From NCBI GenBank assembly GCA_965248925.1, contig CBDFLE010000005.1, positions 1,024,001-1,088,000 on the forward strand: 64,000 nucleotides of DNA. The letters are read 5' to 3'. The position numbers and the translations under genes were made by a program. Below, one piece after another: positions 1-9,978 of this stretch; the stretch's first letter is position 1, and every line of letters starts with the position of its first letter. Source of the stretch: Candidatus Multivoradales bacterium (GTDB taxonomy: Bacteria; Acidobacteriota; Thermoanaerobaculia; Multivoradales; J023). Under the pieces are notes generated by a model. The model saw nothing but the letters and a program-made list of their open reading frames with translations. It was not told where the DNA came from and did no database searches.

Positions 1-2
1 TC

Positions 3-1013
3 GCCTGGCATTTCGATCCCGATCGCGGCACTCCCTTTTGGCTCGACAAAGAGCGTGAGTTGGGAATCAACGCGCGCAAGGAGGTGCACACCTTCGACGA
101 CCTTCGCATCTTCGGCCATTTCCAGGACGAATGGCTCCGCGGTGGCCCGGCTCGGCGCTGGCTGCCACGGGGGTTTCGCGGCAAGCCGATCTACGTTTTC
201 GAGACCGGCGGTTCCACTGGCCTGCCCAAGAGTCGCATCAATTTGCAGGACTTCGAGATCGATTACGAGCTGTTCGCCGACCAACTCGACGACGAGACCT
301 TCCCCCGCGGCGCCGACTGGTTGATGCTCGGCCCCTCGGGACCGCGTCGGCTGCGGCTGGCGATCGAGCATCTGGCGCAATATCGCGGCGGTATCGCCTT
401 CTGCATCGACCTCGATCCGCGATGGGTCAACAAATTGGTCAAGGCGCAGCGTTGGGACGAGATGAACGCTTACAAGGATCACGTCATTGATCAGGCGCTG
501 AAGATCCTCCGCGGTCACGATTCCGTGCAGTGCATCTTCACCACTCCCAAGCTGCTCGAAGCCCTGTGCGAGAAGGTCTCGTTGGAGAAGTACGGCATCA
601 CCGGCATCTTCTGCGGCGGCACCGAGATGAACGCCGAGTTTCACCGCTTCGTGCGCGAAGAACTGGCGCCGCAAGCTGATTTTAGGCCGGTCTACGGCAA
701 CACGCTGATGGGTTTAGCGCCGACCCCCCCCTTCGACCCGGTGAAGAAGGACTACACCATCTCCTACTATCCGCCGCTGCCCCGCGCGGTGTTCGAGATC
801 GTCGATCCGGACGATCCAGACACCCTGGTCGACTATGGAGAAACTGGTCGTGTGATCCTCACCACCCTGACCCGTGAGTTCTTCATGCCCCGCTTCTTGG
901 AACGTGATGAGGGGGAGCGCGCGGCTCCCTGCGAGATCTATCCTTGGGACGGGGTGTCGAACCTGCGACTGTTCTCGCGCTTCAACAAATCGGTGGCCGT
1001 GGGGGTCTACTGA
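3..1013 (+). CDS. EhpF/LuxE/PaaK-like adenylate-forming enzyme (5' partial)
   Basis: Frame is open from base 3 (AWHFDPDRGTPFWL...). It has the ANL-type P-loop FETGGSTGLPK, YGNT and a C-terminal FLERD, resembling phenazine-modifying EhpF. Confidence 0.75.
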   Translation, partial: AWHFDPDRGTPFWLDKERELGINARKEVHTFDDLRIFGHFQDEWLRGGPARRWLPRGFRGKPIYVFETGGSTGLPKSRINLQDFEIDYELFADQLDDETFPRGADWLMLGPSGPRRLRLAIEHLAQYRGGIAFCIDLDPRWVNKLVKAQRWDEMNAYKDHVIDQALKILRGHDSVQCIFTTPKLLEALCEKVSLEKYGITGIFCGGTEMNAEFHRFVREELAPQADFRPVYGNTLMGLAPTPPFDPVKKDYTISYYPPLPRAVFEIVDPDDPDTLVDYGETGRVILTTLTREFFMPRFLERDEGERAAPCEIYPWDGVSNLRLFSRFNKSVAVGVY

Positions 1014-1015
1014 CC

Positions 1016-2449
1016 ATGTCGTTGCTACGACTGCCGATGCTGCGCGCCGGCGAGCCCTACTTCAGCCTCAAGACCATGACGCTGACCGATATTCGCGACG
1101 GTTCGCCGGTGGCCGAGGTCAGCCAGGCGATCCCCGGCATCATCGCCCGCGACCTCCTACGCATCGCCGACAGTCGGCGGGCGCTCGAGGCACTGCCGGT
1201 AGCCCGGCTACTGGCAATCTGCCGCGAGGCCGGCCGCCGTTTCCTCGAAGACACCCTGCCGGTCGGCGAGCAAGAGCAAACGCCGGACGACTACCTCGAG
1301 CAACTCGCCGCCACCACCGGCATGCCGGTGGTCATGGGGCGGCTGAATATGGGCAAGATTTTCAAGGTCCTGGACGAGATGGAGGCGGTGCTCGACGGCC
1401 TCACCCGCGGTCTCGATCTGCGGGTGCTCGACCATGGCTGGGCAGTGCAGAACGAGCGCCAACTGAGCTACATGCGACTGAGCGACGCGCTGGGCGCGGT
1501 GCTGCCCAACAACTCCCCCGGCGTGCATTCCCTGTGGTTGCCGGCAATTCCGCTAAGAACACCGCTGGTGCTCAAGCCCGGCAGTGCCGAGCCCTGGACG
1601 CCGCTGCGCATTGCCCAGGCGATGATCGCCGCCGGCTGCCCCAAAGAGGCCTTTTTCCTCTACCCCACGGACCACGGCGGCGCCACCGAACTGCTGCTGC
1701 GCTCGGGCCGCTCGTTATTCTTCGGCGATGCCAGCACCGTCGCAGGGTGGCGCGCCAGCGGCAAGGTACAAGTCCACGGTCCGGGCTGGAGCAAAGTCAT
1801 CCTGGCCGCCGACCAGGCCGACGCCTGGGAGCAACACCTGGACCTGATGGTGGGCTCGATCACCGCCAACGGCGGCCGCTCGTGTATCAATGCTTCCGGT
1901 GTCTGGACCACCGCCCACGGCCGCGAGCTAGCGGCGGCACTGGCCAGCCGACTAGCGGCGATAGAAGCCCGTCCACTGGACGATCCGCAAGCCGCCCTAG
2001 CGGCATTTCCCGACCCAGAGGTGGCGCGGCGAATCTCAGAGAGAATCGATCAGCAGTTAGCTGAGACGCCCGGCGCGGTGGATCTGACCGCCGCAGTTCG
2101 TGGAGCGGAGCGGGTGGCGGAGGCCGGAGGCTGCACCTTCCTGCTGCCCACCGTGATCTGGTGCGAAGATCCCACCCACCCACTGGCCCACAGCGAGTAC
2201 GGTTTCCCCTTTGCCGCCGTGGTTGAGCAGCCGGAAAAATTGCTAGTGCAAGCCATCGGGCCCACCTTGGTGGGCTCAGTGGTGACCGCGACGGAAGAGG
2301 GCGAACGGCGTTTCTTGGCTTGCCGCCACATCGATCGGCTCAACTTTGGAGCGATCCCGACGTACGAGATCTCATGGGATCAACCCCACGAAGGCAATCT
2401 GTTCGATCACCTCTACCAGCAACGTGCTTTTCAGCGGCGGTCTGCTTGA
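1016..2449 (+). CDS. Aldehyde dehydrogenase-superfamily protein (EhpG/LuxC-like acyl reductase)
   Basis: LPNNSPGVH, LKPG, HGPGWSK, NGGRSC (catalytic Cys) and EYGFP motifs. ATG lies 2 nt after the upstream stop. Confidence 0.8.
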   Translation: MSLLRLPMLRAGEPYFSLKTMTLTDIRDGSPVAEVSQAIPGIIARDLLRIADSRRALEALPVARLLAICREAGRRFLEDTLPVGEQEQTPDDYLEQLAATTGMPVVMGRLNMGKIFKVLDEMEAVLDGLTRGLDLRVLDHGWAVQNERQLSYMRLSDALGAVLPNNSPGVHSLWLPAIPLRTPLVLKPGSAEPWTPLRIAQAMIAAGCPKEAFFLYPTDHGGATELLLRSGRSLFFGDASTVAGWRASGKVQVHGPGWSKVILAADQADAWEQHLDLMVGSITANGGRSCINASGVWTTAHGRELAAALASRLAAIEARPLDDPQAALAAFPDPEVARRISERIDQQLAETPGAVDLTAAVRGAERVAEAGGCTFLLPTVIWCEDPTHPLAHSEYGFPFAAVVEQPEKLLVQAIGPTLVGSVVTATEEGERRFLACRHIDRLNFGAIPTYEISWDQPHEGNLFDHLYQQRAFQRRSA

Positions 2450-2471
2450 TGGACTGTTCGGTGGTCGCCCG

Positions 2472-3659
2472 GTGAGCGGCCACGCTCCATGGCGGCCCGA
2501 TGGCACCTGGAAGGTAGATCTGGGAGGCATCGAGGTGACCTTTGGCGACCACACCCTAAGTCGCCTCGGAGATCTCTGCCGCGCCGCTGGCATGTCGCGA
2601 GTGCTGCTGGTGACCGATCCCGGGATCGTCGAGGCGGGGCATATCCGCCCAGCCTTGGCGGCGCTCGCCGAAGCTGGGCTGAAAGCAGCCGTATTCGACG
2701 GCGTTGGCGAAAATCCCACCACCGAGCACGTCGCCGCCGGGGTTGACGCAGCTCGGCAGTTGGGCGCCGATGGGCTAGTGGGGCTAGGTGGCGGCAGCTC
2801 GATGGACTGCGCCAAAGGGGTCAACTTCCTGCTCACCCAAGGCGGCTCGATGGCCGACTATTGGGGCGATGGCAAGGCCAGACGAACCATGTTGCCCGCA
2901 ATCGGCGTACCGACTACTGCCGGTACTGGCAGCGAGGCACAACGTTTTGCCCTAATCTCGGACGTCGAGACTCATCGCAAAATGGCCTGTGGCGATCGCC
3001 GAGCCCGCTTTCACAGCGTTATTCTCGACCCCCGGCTGTTGACCAGCCTGCCCCGCTCGGTAGCGGCGGTCACCGCCATGGACGCTCTGTCCCACGCCGT
3101 CGAGAGCTACGTCACCCGACGCCGCAACCCGATTTCGCAACTCTTCGCCCGCGAAGCCTGGCGCCTGCTGGAACGCAGCTTCGAACGTTTCCTCGCCGAC
3201 CCCGAAGATCCGGCCAGCGCCGACATGTTGCTCGGCGCCCACCTGGCCGGCGCCGCCATCGAAACCTCGATGCTCGGCGCGGCCCACTCCTGCGCCAATC
3301 CGCTGACCGCCCGCTACGGCGTCACCCACGGCGTGGCGGTAGGTCTGATGCTGCCACCGGTGGTGCGGTTCAACGGCAACGAAGTCGAACCCCTCTACCG
3401 TGAACTGGCCACTACCGCCTCGCTCAACGGCGACCTCGGCAATGGATCAAGTGGCGGCGCCAGCGCCCTACGGGTCAGCCGCCGGGTCAGTGAATTGCGC
3501 GCCGTCGCGGGGCTGCCTGGCCGGCTCGAAGATTGTGGCGTCGAGCGCCCACGTTTGCGCGAGCTAGCGGAGGCCGCTGCCAAAGAATGGACCGCCAGTT
3601 TCAATCCCCGCGCTGTTGGCGCCGACGAACTCGAGTCGATCTATGTCGATGCTTTCTGA
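2472..3659 (+). CDS. Iron-containing alcohol dehydrogenase
   Basis: GGGSSMD, PTTAGTGSE, DALSHAVES, AAH...HG metal ligands. Start uncertain (GTG 2472). Confidence 0.9.
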   Translation: MSGHAPWRPDGTWKVDLGGIEVTFGDHTLSRLGDLCRAAGMSRVLLVTDPGIVEAGHIRPALAALAEAGLKAAVFDGVGENPTTEHVAAGVDAARQLGADGLVGLGGGSSMDCAKGVNFLLTQGGSMADYWGDGKARRTMLPAIGVPTTAGTGSEAQRFALISDVETHRKMACGDRRARFHSVILDPRLLTSLPRSVAAVTAMDALSHAVESYVTRRRNPISQLFAREAWRLLERSFERFLADPEDPASADMLLGAHLAGAAIETSMLGAAHSCANPLTARYGVTHGVAVGLMLPPVVRFNGNEVEPLYRELATTASLNGDLGNGSSGGASALRVSRRVSELRAVAGLPGRLEDCGVERPRLRELAEAAAKEWTASFNPRAVGADELESIYVDAF

Positions 3660-3713
3660 AGCGCGGCAGCGGTTTTGTCGGCATCGGAACCGATCGCGGT
3701 GGAGCCTGCAAGC

Positions 3714-4871
3714 ATGAAGTGGGTCACCCCCGCGGCAGCGGCGTTGCTCTTTTGGATTCTCCTGACGGCCGCGGCCATCCAAACCCAGCCGGCTACTAGC
3801 GTCGACACTTGGGGCCAGTTCCGCGGCGGCGGCGCCCAAACCGGTGTCGCCACCAGCTCCCTCGAAGGCGATCTCCAACCACTCTGGACCTTCGAGGCAG
3901 ACGACGCCATCGAAGCCACCGCCGCCATCGCTGGCGACACGGTCTATGTCGCCTCCCTCGATGGCAGGCTCTACGCCCTTGACCTCAAGACCGGCCAAGA
4001 GAAATTCCGCTACGACGCCGGAGACGAGATCAAGTCCTCTCCCTTGGTGGCCGCCGGCCGGGTCTACTTCGGCGACGAATACGGCCGCCTGCACGCCATC
4101 GACGCCGCGACCGGCAAGCGGATCTGGGTTTTCGAAACCGACGCCAGCATCTCGGGCTCGGCCAACTTGGGTGATGGTTGCCTGGTCTTCGGCGCCTACG
4201 ACAACTACCTCTACTGCCTCAATCCCAAGGACGGCAAGCTGCGCTGGAAGGTCGAAACCGAAGGCTACATCCAAGCTACACCCGCGATCTGGAACGGCCA
4301 GTCGATCTCGACCGGCTGCGACGGTTTTCTGCGCCAACTCGATCTGCGCAGTGGCGAAGCCAAAGGCCAGATAGCGCTCGGCGGCTACGTCGCCTCTAGT
4401 CCAGCAATCGCCGGCAGCAGGGCCTTCCTGGGCTCGTTCGACAACAAAGTGCTGGCGGTCGATCTGGCGGAACAGAAGCTCTTGTGGGAATACAAACACC
4501 CCAAGCGGGAGTTTCCTTTCTTCAGTTCGCCAGCAGTGTCCGGCAACCGGGTGGTGATCGGCGGTCGCGATAAAATCGTCCATGCCTTAGATCCCGAGAG
4601 CGGTGAGGCGGCGTGGACGGTAACCCTACGAGCGCGGGTCGATGCCTCGCCGGTGATCTCCGGGCAGCGAGTCTTCGTCGCCGATCAAAGCGGCGTGCTG
4701 CTCGCCCTGGCCCTGGACGACGGCAGCGAGAGCTGGCGCTTCGAAACCGGCGACAGTTTCACCGCTTCGCCGGCCATCGCCTCAGGCACCCTGGTCATCG
4801 GCACCGACGGCGGGGTGGTCTACGCCTTTACCCCCTCCGCCACAGCTAGAGAAACGAAGGAGCTTCCATGA
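3714..4871 (+). CDS. PQQ-like (BamB-like) beta-propeller protein, secreted
   Basis: Signal peptide, WGQFRG, repeated ALDxxTGxxxW and SSP blades. Confidence 0.85.
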   Translation: MKWVTPAAAALLFWILLTAAAIQTQPATSVDTWGQFRGGGAQTGVATSSLEGDLQPLWTFEADDAIEATAAIAGDTVYVASLDGRLYALDLKTGQEKFRYDAGDEIKSSPLVAAGRVYFGDEYGRLHAIDAATGKRIWVFETDASISGSANLGDGCLVFGAYDNYLYCLNPKDGKLRWKVETEGYIQATPAIWNGQSISTGCDGFLRQLDLRSGEAKGQIALGGYVASSPAIAGSRAFLGSFDNKVLAVDLAEQKLLWEYKHPKREFPFFSSPAVSGNRVVIGGRDKIVHALDPESGEAAWTVTLRARVDASPVISGQRVFVADQSGVLLALALDDGSESWRFETGDSFTASPAIASGTLVIGTDGGVVYAFTPSATARETKELP

Positions 4872-6217
4872 CTGACTCCACCGCTCCCGCGGGCGTCCCG
4901 CCGGCCAAAAAGGCAACGGAAGTCGGCAGCGTTTTCGTCTCCAACTATCCACCCTTCTCAGTGTGGGGCGAGGACGGGCTCGACGATTACCGGCGCCAGC
5001 TAGCTACACCGCCGGCCAAAGAGTCCCCAACTCTGGGTCTCTACCTCCACATTCCGTTCTGCCGCAAGCGCTGCAAGTTCTGCTACTTCAGAGTTTACGT
5101 CGATAAGAACGCAGGGGAGATTCAACGCTACCTGGATTGCCTGGCGCGCGAAGTAGAGCTTTACGCCGCCCAACCGGCGTTCGCCGAGCGGAAACTCGAC
5201 TTCGTCTACTTTGGCGGCGGCACACCTTCTTACATCGCCGCCAAGCATCTGCGGTCGCTGGTCGATCGCATCCAAGCCGTGCTTCCTTGGCAGCAGGCGC
5301 AGGAGATAACTTTCGAATGCGAGCCCGGCACCCTGACCCAATCCAAGCTCGACGCCATCCGCGAGATCGGCGTCACCCGGCTCAGCTTGGGTATCGAGAA
5401 TTGGAACGATGACATCTTGCGCGACAACGGCCGCGCCCACCTAACTCCAGAGATCGACCGCTGCCTGCCCTGGATCCGCGAACGGGGCTTCGATCAGCTC
5501 AACGTCGATCTGATCGCCGGCATGGTCGGCGAGACCTGGGAGACCTGGCGCGACACGGTGCAGCGCACCATCGACATCGACCCCGACAGCGTCACCATCT
5601 ACCAGATGGAATTGCCTTTCAACACTGTCTATTCCCAAGGCATCCTAGACGGCGGCAGCTCGCCGGTGGCCGATTGGCAGACCAAGAGGGCCTGGAATGA
5701 CCACGCCATCAAGCAGCTGAGCACTGCCGGCTACGAGATTTCGAGCGCTTACACCATGGTCAAGAAGCGCTCTGGCGACACCAGTGGCAAGAGCCGCTTC
5801 GCCTACCGCGACTCGCTGTGGCACGGCGCTGACCTGCTTGGCACCGGCATCGCCTCCTTCGGCCACCTCGGCGGCGTACATTTCCAGAATGTCACCGGCT
5901 GGAAGCCCTATCTCGACGCTCTAGAGGCCGGCGAGCTGGCCCTCGGCCGCGCTTACGCCACCACGGCCGACGAACGCCTGACCCGCGAGTTGATCTTGCA
6001 AATGAAACTCGGCAGGCTGGGCACTAGCTATTTCCGCGACAAATTCGGCGTCGACGTGCTGGACCGCTGGCGCCAGAAGTTCGCTGACCTCGAACAACGG
6101 CAGATGCTGAGCATCGACGGCGACCACATCGAACTCAGCCGCCGTGGCCTACTGCAGGTCGATAGCCTGCTGCCCGGTTTCTACGATCAGCGCTTCCAGA
6201 ACGCCCGCTACACTTGA
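4868..6217 (+). CDS. HemN-like radical SAM enzyme (class C methyltransferase/HemN family)
   Basis: LYLHIPFCRKRCKFC (CxxxCxxC), YFGGGTPS, RLSLG. ATGA overlap with the upstream gene. Confidence 0.9.
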   Translation: MTDSTAPAGVPPAKKATEVGSVFVSNYPPFSVWGEDGLDDYRRQLATPPAKESPTLGLYLHIPFCRKRCKFCYFRVYVDKNAGEIQRYLDCLAREVELYAAQPAFAERKLDFVYFGGGTPSYIAAKHLRSLVDRIQAVLPWQQAQEITFECEPGTLTQSKLDAIREIGVTRLSLGIENWNDDILRDNGRAHLTPEIDRCLPWIRERGFDQLNVDLIAGMVGETWETWRDTVQRTIDIDPDSVTIYQMELPFNTVYSQGILDGGSSPVADWQTKRAWNDHAIKQLSTAGYEISSAYTMVKKRSGDTSGKSRFAYRDSLWHGADLLGTGIASFGHLGGVHFQNVTGWKPYLDALEAGELALGRAYATTADERLTRELILQMKLGRLGTSYFRDKFGVDVLDRWRQKFADLEQRQMLSIDGDHIELSRRGLLQVDSLLPGFYDQRFQNARYT

Positions 6218-6239
6218 TTTCGAAGACCTGGAGATAATC

Positions 6240-7496
6240 ATGCACTCCCTACGTCCCGGCCTCCTGCTCACCAGTCTGCTGTTCGCCAGTCTTTTGCTCA
6301 CCGGCCTGCTGAGCACTACCTCCGTCTTCGCCCAGATCAAACCAGTCGATTGGCCGAGCTTCCGCGGTGCCAATCGCGACGGCCTTTCCGCAGAGAAGGG
6401 CCTAGCCACCACTTGGCCAGAAGACGGCCCGCGGATGATTTGGCGGGCCGATGGTGGTTCCGGCTTCTCCAGCTTGGTGCTGGTCGCTGGCCGCCTCTAC
6501 ACCCAACTCGGCCGTGACGGCGACGAGCTGCTAGCCGCCTTCGACGCCGGCAACGGTCGCCCGCTGTGGACCTACCGCACCGGCAGTGAGCGCCCTGACG
6601 ATTGGGGCAAAGGGCCGCGGTCGACGCCCCTCTTTGACGATGGTTTGCTCTACGCCGCCAGCGCCCTCGGCCAGCTGCACGCGGTCAAGGCCGACAACGG
6701 CGAAATGGTGTGGAGCCACGACCTGGTCAAAGAGTACGGCGCGCGAGTACCCACCTGGGGGATTTCCAGTCAACCGCTGGTGGAAGGCGATCTGCTGCTC
6801 TTCGATACCGGCGGCAAGGCCGGCCACTCGATTCTCGCCTTCGACAAGAAAAGTGGAGCGCTGCGTTGGAAAAGCGGTTCACGCCTGCCCGGCTACTCCA
6901 ACCCGATCGCCTTCGACAGCGTCGGCAAACGGCAGGTCCTTTTCTTCACCGGCAACGGCTTGGTGGCTCTGGCGCCAAAGGACGGCAAGGAGCTGTGGAG
7001 CTTCGATTGGCAAACCAGCTACGACATCAACGCCGCTAGCCCAATCTTCATCCCGCCCAACAGAATCCTGGTCTCGAGCGGCTACGACGTTGGCAGCGCC
7101 CTACTCCAGCTCTCTCCCGCCGAAGATGGCATAGCGGTCAAAGAGCTGTGGCGAAGCCGCCGCCTGAAGAACAAATTCAGCTCCTCGGTCTACAGCGAAG
7201 GCTACCTCTACGGCTTCGACGAAGCGACGCTCAAGTGCATCGACGCCACCACCGGCGACGAGATCTGGCGCCAAAGGGGCCTCGGCCACGGGTCTTTGAT
7301 CTGGGCCGATGGCCACCTCATCGTGCTCGGCGAAAAAGGCCAGCTGGTGCTGGTAGAAGCTACGCCCGAGAGCTACCAAGAGAAGGCCCGCACCCAAGTC
7401 ACCACCGGCAAACACTGGACCGCGCCAACGGTTTACGCCGGCCGGTACTACCTGCGCAACGAGAAGGAGATCGTCTGCTTGAAGGCAACCGGGTAA
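6240..7496 (+). CDS. PQQ-like beta-propeller protein, secreted
   Basis: Signal peptide, DWPSFRGANRDG, GPRSTP, C-terminal YLRNEKEIVCL. Confidence 0.85.
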   Translation: MHSLRPGLLLTSLLFASLLLTGLLSTTSVFAQIKPVDWPSFRGANRDGLSAEKGLATTWPEDGPRMIWRADGGSGFSSLVLVAGRLYTQLGRDGDELLAAFDAGNGRPLWTYRTGSERPDDWGKGPRSTPLFDDGLLYAASALGQLHAVKADNGEMVWSHDLVKEYGARVPTWGISSQPLVEGDLLLFDTGGKAGHSILAFDKKSGALRWKSGSRLPGYSNPIAFDSVGKRQVLFFTGNGLVALAPKDGKELWSFDWQTSYDINAASPIFIPPNRILVSSGYDVGSALLQLSPAEDGIAVKELWRSRRLKNKFSSSVYSEGYLYGFDEATLKCIDATTGDEIWRQRGLGHGSLIWADGHLIVLGEKGQLVLVEATPESYQEKARTQVTTGKHWTAPTVYAGRYYLRNEKEIVCLKATG

Positions 7497-7518
7497 GAGC
7501 GGGAGCTTCCGGGCATCT

Positions 7519-7564
7519 CAGTTGTCTTTCACGGCTTGACCGCAGTGAAAGACAACTGTAATAT
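7519..7564 (+). promoter_or_regulatory. Sigma70-like promoter with operator palindrome upstream of the Xre-RES pair
   Basis: TTGACC (7536-7541) and TAATAT (7559-7564) are 17 bp apart. A perfect 14-bp inverted repeat, CAGTTGTCTTTCAC (7519-7532) / GTGAAAGACAACTG (7545-7558), flanks the -35. Confidence 0.7.
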
Positions 7565-7682
7565 TTGTCTTGAGGCAGGCTACGCCGCCAGGCTAAGACC
7601 CTGCGGCGGTCGATTGGGGAAACCGTGACTTCGCCCGCTAGCGACCGACAGGGCAAAGGGCAAAACAAGGGAGCCAGGCCGG

Positions 7683-8024
7683 ATGCCAACGACAGCAGTT
7701 GCAAGAATACTCGACGACCTCAAAAGTCGCGGAGGTTTACGCGGCGCCGACATCGCCAATATTGTCGATGTCTCTCCCCCCACGGTTTCGCGCTGGACCA
7801 CCGGCAAGGGATCTCCTCCCTTGAGTACCCAGACCGAGATCGCCGACTTAAGATTCGTGGTCGAGAGGCTGTCGGATTTCTACACCCCAGACGAAACCAG
7901 ACTTTGGCTGCACACTCCCCACCCCCTGCTCGACCGCGAACGAGCCGTTGACTTGATCCACTCAGGAAAAATCAAAGAGGTCTTGGCGGTTATCGATCGC
8001 ATAGAGGCGGGAGTCTTTCTCTAA
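7683..8024 (+). CDS. Xre/MbcA/ParS-type antitoxin (HTH plus DUF2384-like C-terminus)
   Basis: HTH IANIVDVSPPTVSRW and C-terminal WLHTPHPLL..ERAVDLI. Directly upstream of a RES gene. Confidence 0.85.
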   Translation: MPTTAVARILDDLKSRGGLRGADIANIVDVSPPTVSRWTTGKGSPPLSTQTEIADLRFVVERLSDFYTPDETRLWLHTPHPLLDRERAVDLIHSGKIKEVLAVIDRIEAGVFL

Positions 8025-8028
8025 TTCG

Positions 8029-8577
8029 ATGAATAATGACCGAAGAGCGCGCGATCTGGCGCTCTTAGACTTCCTCGACAAGTTGGATCGGGTGCCGCTA
8101 AAGGCTACGGTCTGGCGCATCGTCCGCGAAGGCCGCGACCCCCTACTTTGCAGCTCCTCGGCAGGGCGCTGGGATCCGGGCCGTTTCGACGTTCTCTACA
8201 CCTCCTGCAGCGCCGAAGGAGCCCTCGCGGAAGTACACTTCCACCTCTCCAGGCAGCCCGTATTTCCCTCTGCTTCTTTTCTGCTGAACGAGATCCACAT
8301 CGAGACACGACGCACCTTGCAGCTGTCGGGGTCCGCAGATCTCAGAGCTTTAGGAGTCAACCCAGACGACTCCCAAGGCGTTCTGTACCAGAGAAGCCAG
8401 GAAATCGGCGACGCCGCCGCATTCTTAGGATTCGATGCGATCGTTGTTCCCAGCGCGCGTTGGCAGTGCCTTAACTTGGTCGCTTTTTGCGACAGCTTGG
8501 AGCCGGGGGATATTGAGCTCGCGAGCTCGGCAGAGGTTGATTGGACTGGGTGGAGAGGTAAGAGCAAAGACATTTGA
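8029..8577 (+). CDS. RES-domain toxin (NAD+-consuming family)
   Basis: GRW..., LYTS...ALAE, Y.RSQ.IG and VPSAR motifs. Confidence 0.85.
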   Translation: MNNDRRARDLALLDFLDKLDRVPLKATVWRIVREGRDPLLCSSSAGRWDPGRFDVLYTSCSAEGALAEVHFHLSRQPVFPSASFLLNEIHIETRRTLQLSGSADLRALGVNPDDSQGVLYQRSQEIGDAAAFLGFDAIVVPSARWQCLNLVAFCDSLEPGDIELASSAEVDWTGWRGKSKDI

Positions 8578-8667
8578 AAGATCGGCCACTTTGAGCAACG
8601 CAACGAGAAAGATCTCGTCTGGCTGAAAGTAACCGACCTTTATCTACGTCGGTGAATAAAAGGCTGG

Positions 8668-9168
8668 TCACTTGTTCTTGCGACCGAAGCTCCAGCCAAA
8701 GCCGATCAATACATACTCTCCTTCCTCATCATCGTCGGCCATAAAATTGTAACCATATACAGCCGAGAGGGTAAAAGACCCCTGCTCGAGGCCATCCCCG
8801 TTGAGCCGATATAGAAGACCAAGGCCAATGCCAGTTTCGAAATCGATGTCGTCGTAGAAGTCCAGCGCTGACAAGTTGACGATGAAGTGATTTCGATCAT
8901 TGCCGAGTTTTGATAGTGAGTAGTAGAAAGAAGCACCGCCGAAATACCGAGCCCCCAAGCTGTCTCCCGCCCGGTCTATCACGTTCAACGCGACGCCGAG
9001 GTCGGTGCCCATCCTTTGATCGCCATCGCCATCGCCACCGTCATCCGACGCTACGCCCAGGGCATCGTCATCTTGAGCAACCTCGGCGGCCAGATCGTCC
9101 GCCGCAGCGAGACGTCCCGGTACCAGCAAGATCAAGAGAACAACTAGGTAAGCTGAATAACTTCTCAT
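8668..9168 (-). CDS. Secreted/outer-membrane hypothetical protein
   Basis: GAGGAG RBS, signal peptide, acidic linker, amphipathic beta-strands ending FGWSF. Confidence 0.6.
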   Translation of the reverse strand: MRSYSAYLVVLLILLVPGRLAAADDLAAEVAQDDDALGVASDDGGDGDGDQRMGTDLGVALNVIDRAGDSLGARYFGGASFYYSLSKLGNDRNHFIVNLSALDFYDDIDFETGIGLGLLYRLNGDGLEQGSFTLSAVYGYNFMADDDEEGEYVLIGFGWSFGRKNK

Positions 9169-9396
9169 GGTTCGCTCCTCTAGGACCCACCGGCCCTGGT
9201 TATTTCGCAAGGTCCCTGAAGATTGCTTCGGCTACTACAGCGAAAAACCTGCCCGCAAACACCCACCCAACTCCGCTCGTTCTTTTGGATCGATCACATT
9301 GGTGGATTCGGCGAGTGACCGCCGCTGTAGAGATTCGAAGCATGGTCTTTTGAGGAAAAACCGCAAAATGGAGTCAAGAATGGCTACAATTGCCTC

Positions 9397-9978
9397 ATGG
9401 CAACAAGTTCTGGCGAGGTCACGGAGCTGCTCCGGGCGTGGGAGAAGGATCCGGAAGCACTCGATCGGCTACTTCCGCTGGTGATGGAAGAGGTGCGCAC
9501 GCTGGCTCGTAGGGCGCTGTTGGGGGAAGGTCGCGGCTATTCGCTGGAACCCACCGAGCTGCTTAACGAGGTCTATCTGCGTCTGGTTGGCCGCAAGGTC
9601 TACTGGTGGAAGAACCGCGCCCAATTCTTCAGTATCCTGGCCGAGCTGATGCGGCGCATTCTGGTCGATCGAGCCCGCCGCCGGCTGGCCGCCAAGCGCG
9701 GCAGCGGCGCCGAGAAGCTGAGTCTGGATGAAGGTATCTTCGCCGCTGACCAGCCCGACCCACAGCTGATCTTGCTCGACGACGCGCTGCAGCAGCTGAA
9801 GAAGCTGGATCCGATGAAGTACAAGATCGTTTCCCTCAGCTTCTTCGTCGGCCTGAGCCAGAAGGAGACCGCCAAAGAACTCGGCGTGTCGGTCAATACC
9901 GTTGGCCGTCACTGGCAGGCAGCCCGCCTGTGGCTGCAAACCCAGATGTTGCAGAGCGACAATCAGGGCACAAAGTGA
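9397..9978 (+). CDS. ECF sigma factor, kinase-associated type (TIGR02999-like)
   Basis: VTELLRAW, SLEPTELLNEVYL, MRRILVDRAR...KRG and a region 4 HTH. Overlaps the downstream kinase gene. Confidence 0.9.
   Translation: MATSSGEVTELLRAWEKDPEALDRLLPLVMEEVRTLARRALLGEGRGYSLEPTELLNEVYLRLVGRKVYWWKNRAQFFSILAELMRRILVDRARRRLAAKRGSGAEKLSLDEGIFAADQPDPQLILLDDALQQLKKLDPMKYKIVSLSFFVGLSQKETAKELGVSVNTVGRHWQAARLWLQTQMLQSDNQGTK

Noticed and set aside
4868-6217. Calling this gene hemN or hemW
   Set aside because: The family is clear, but the context is not heme biosynthesis and the specific function cannot be fixed from motifs.
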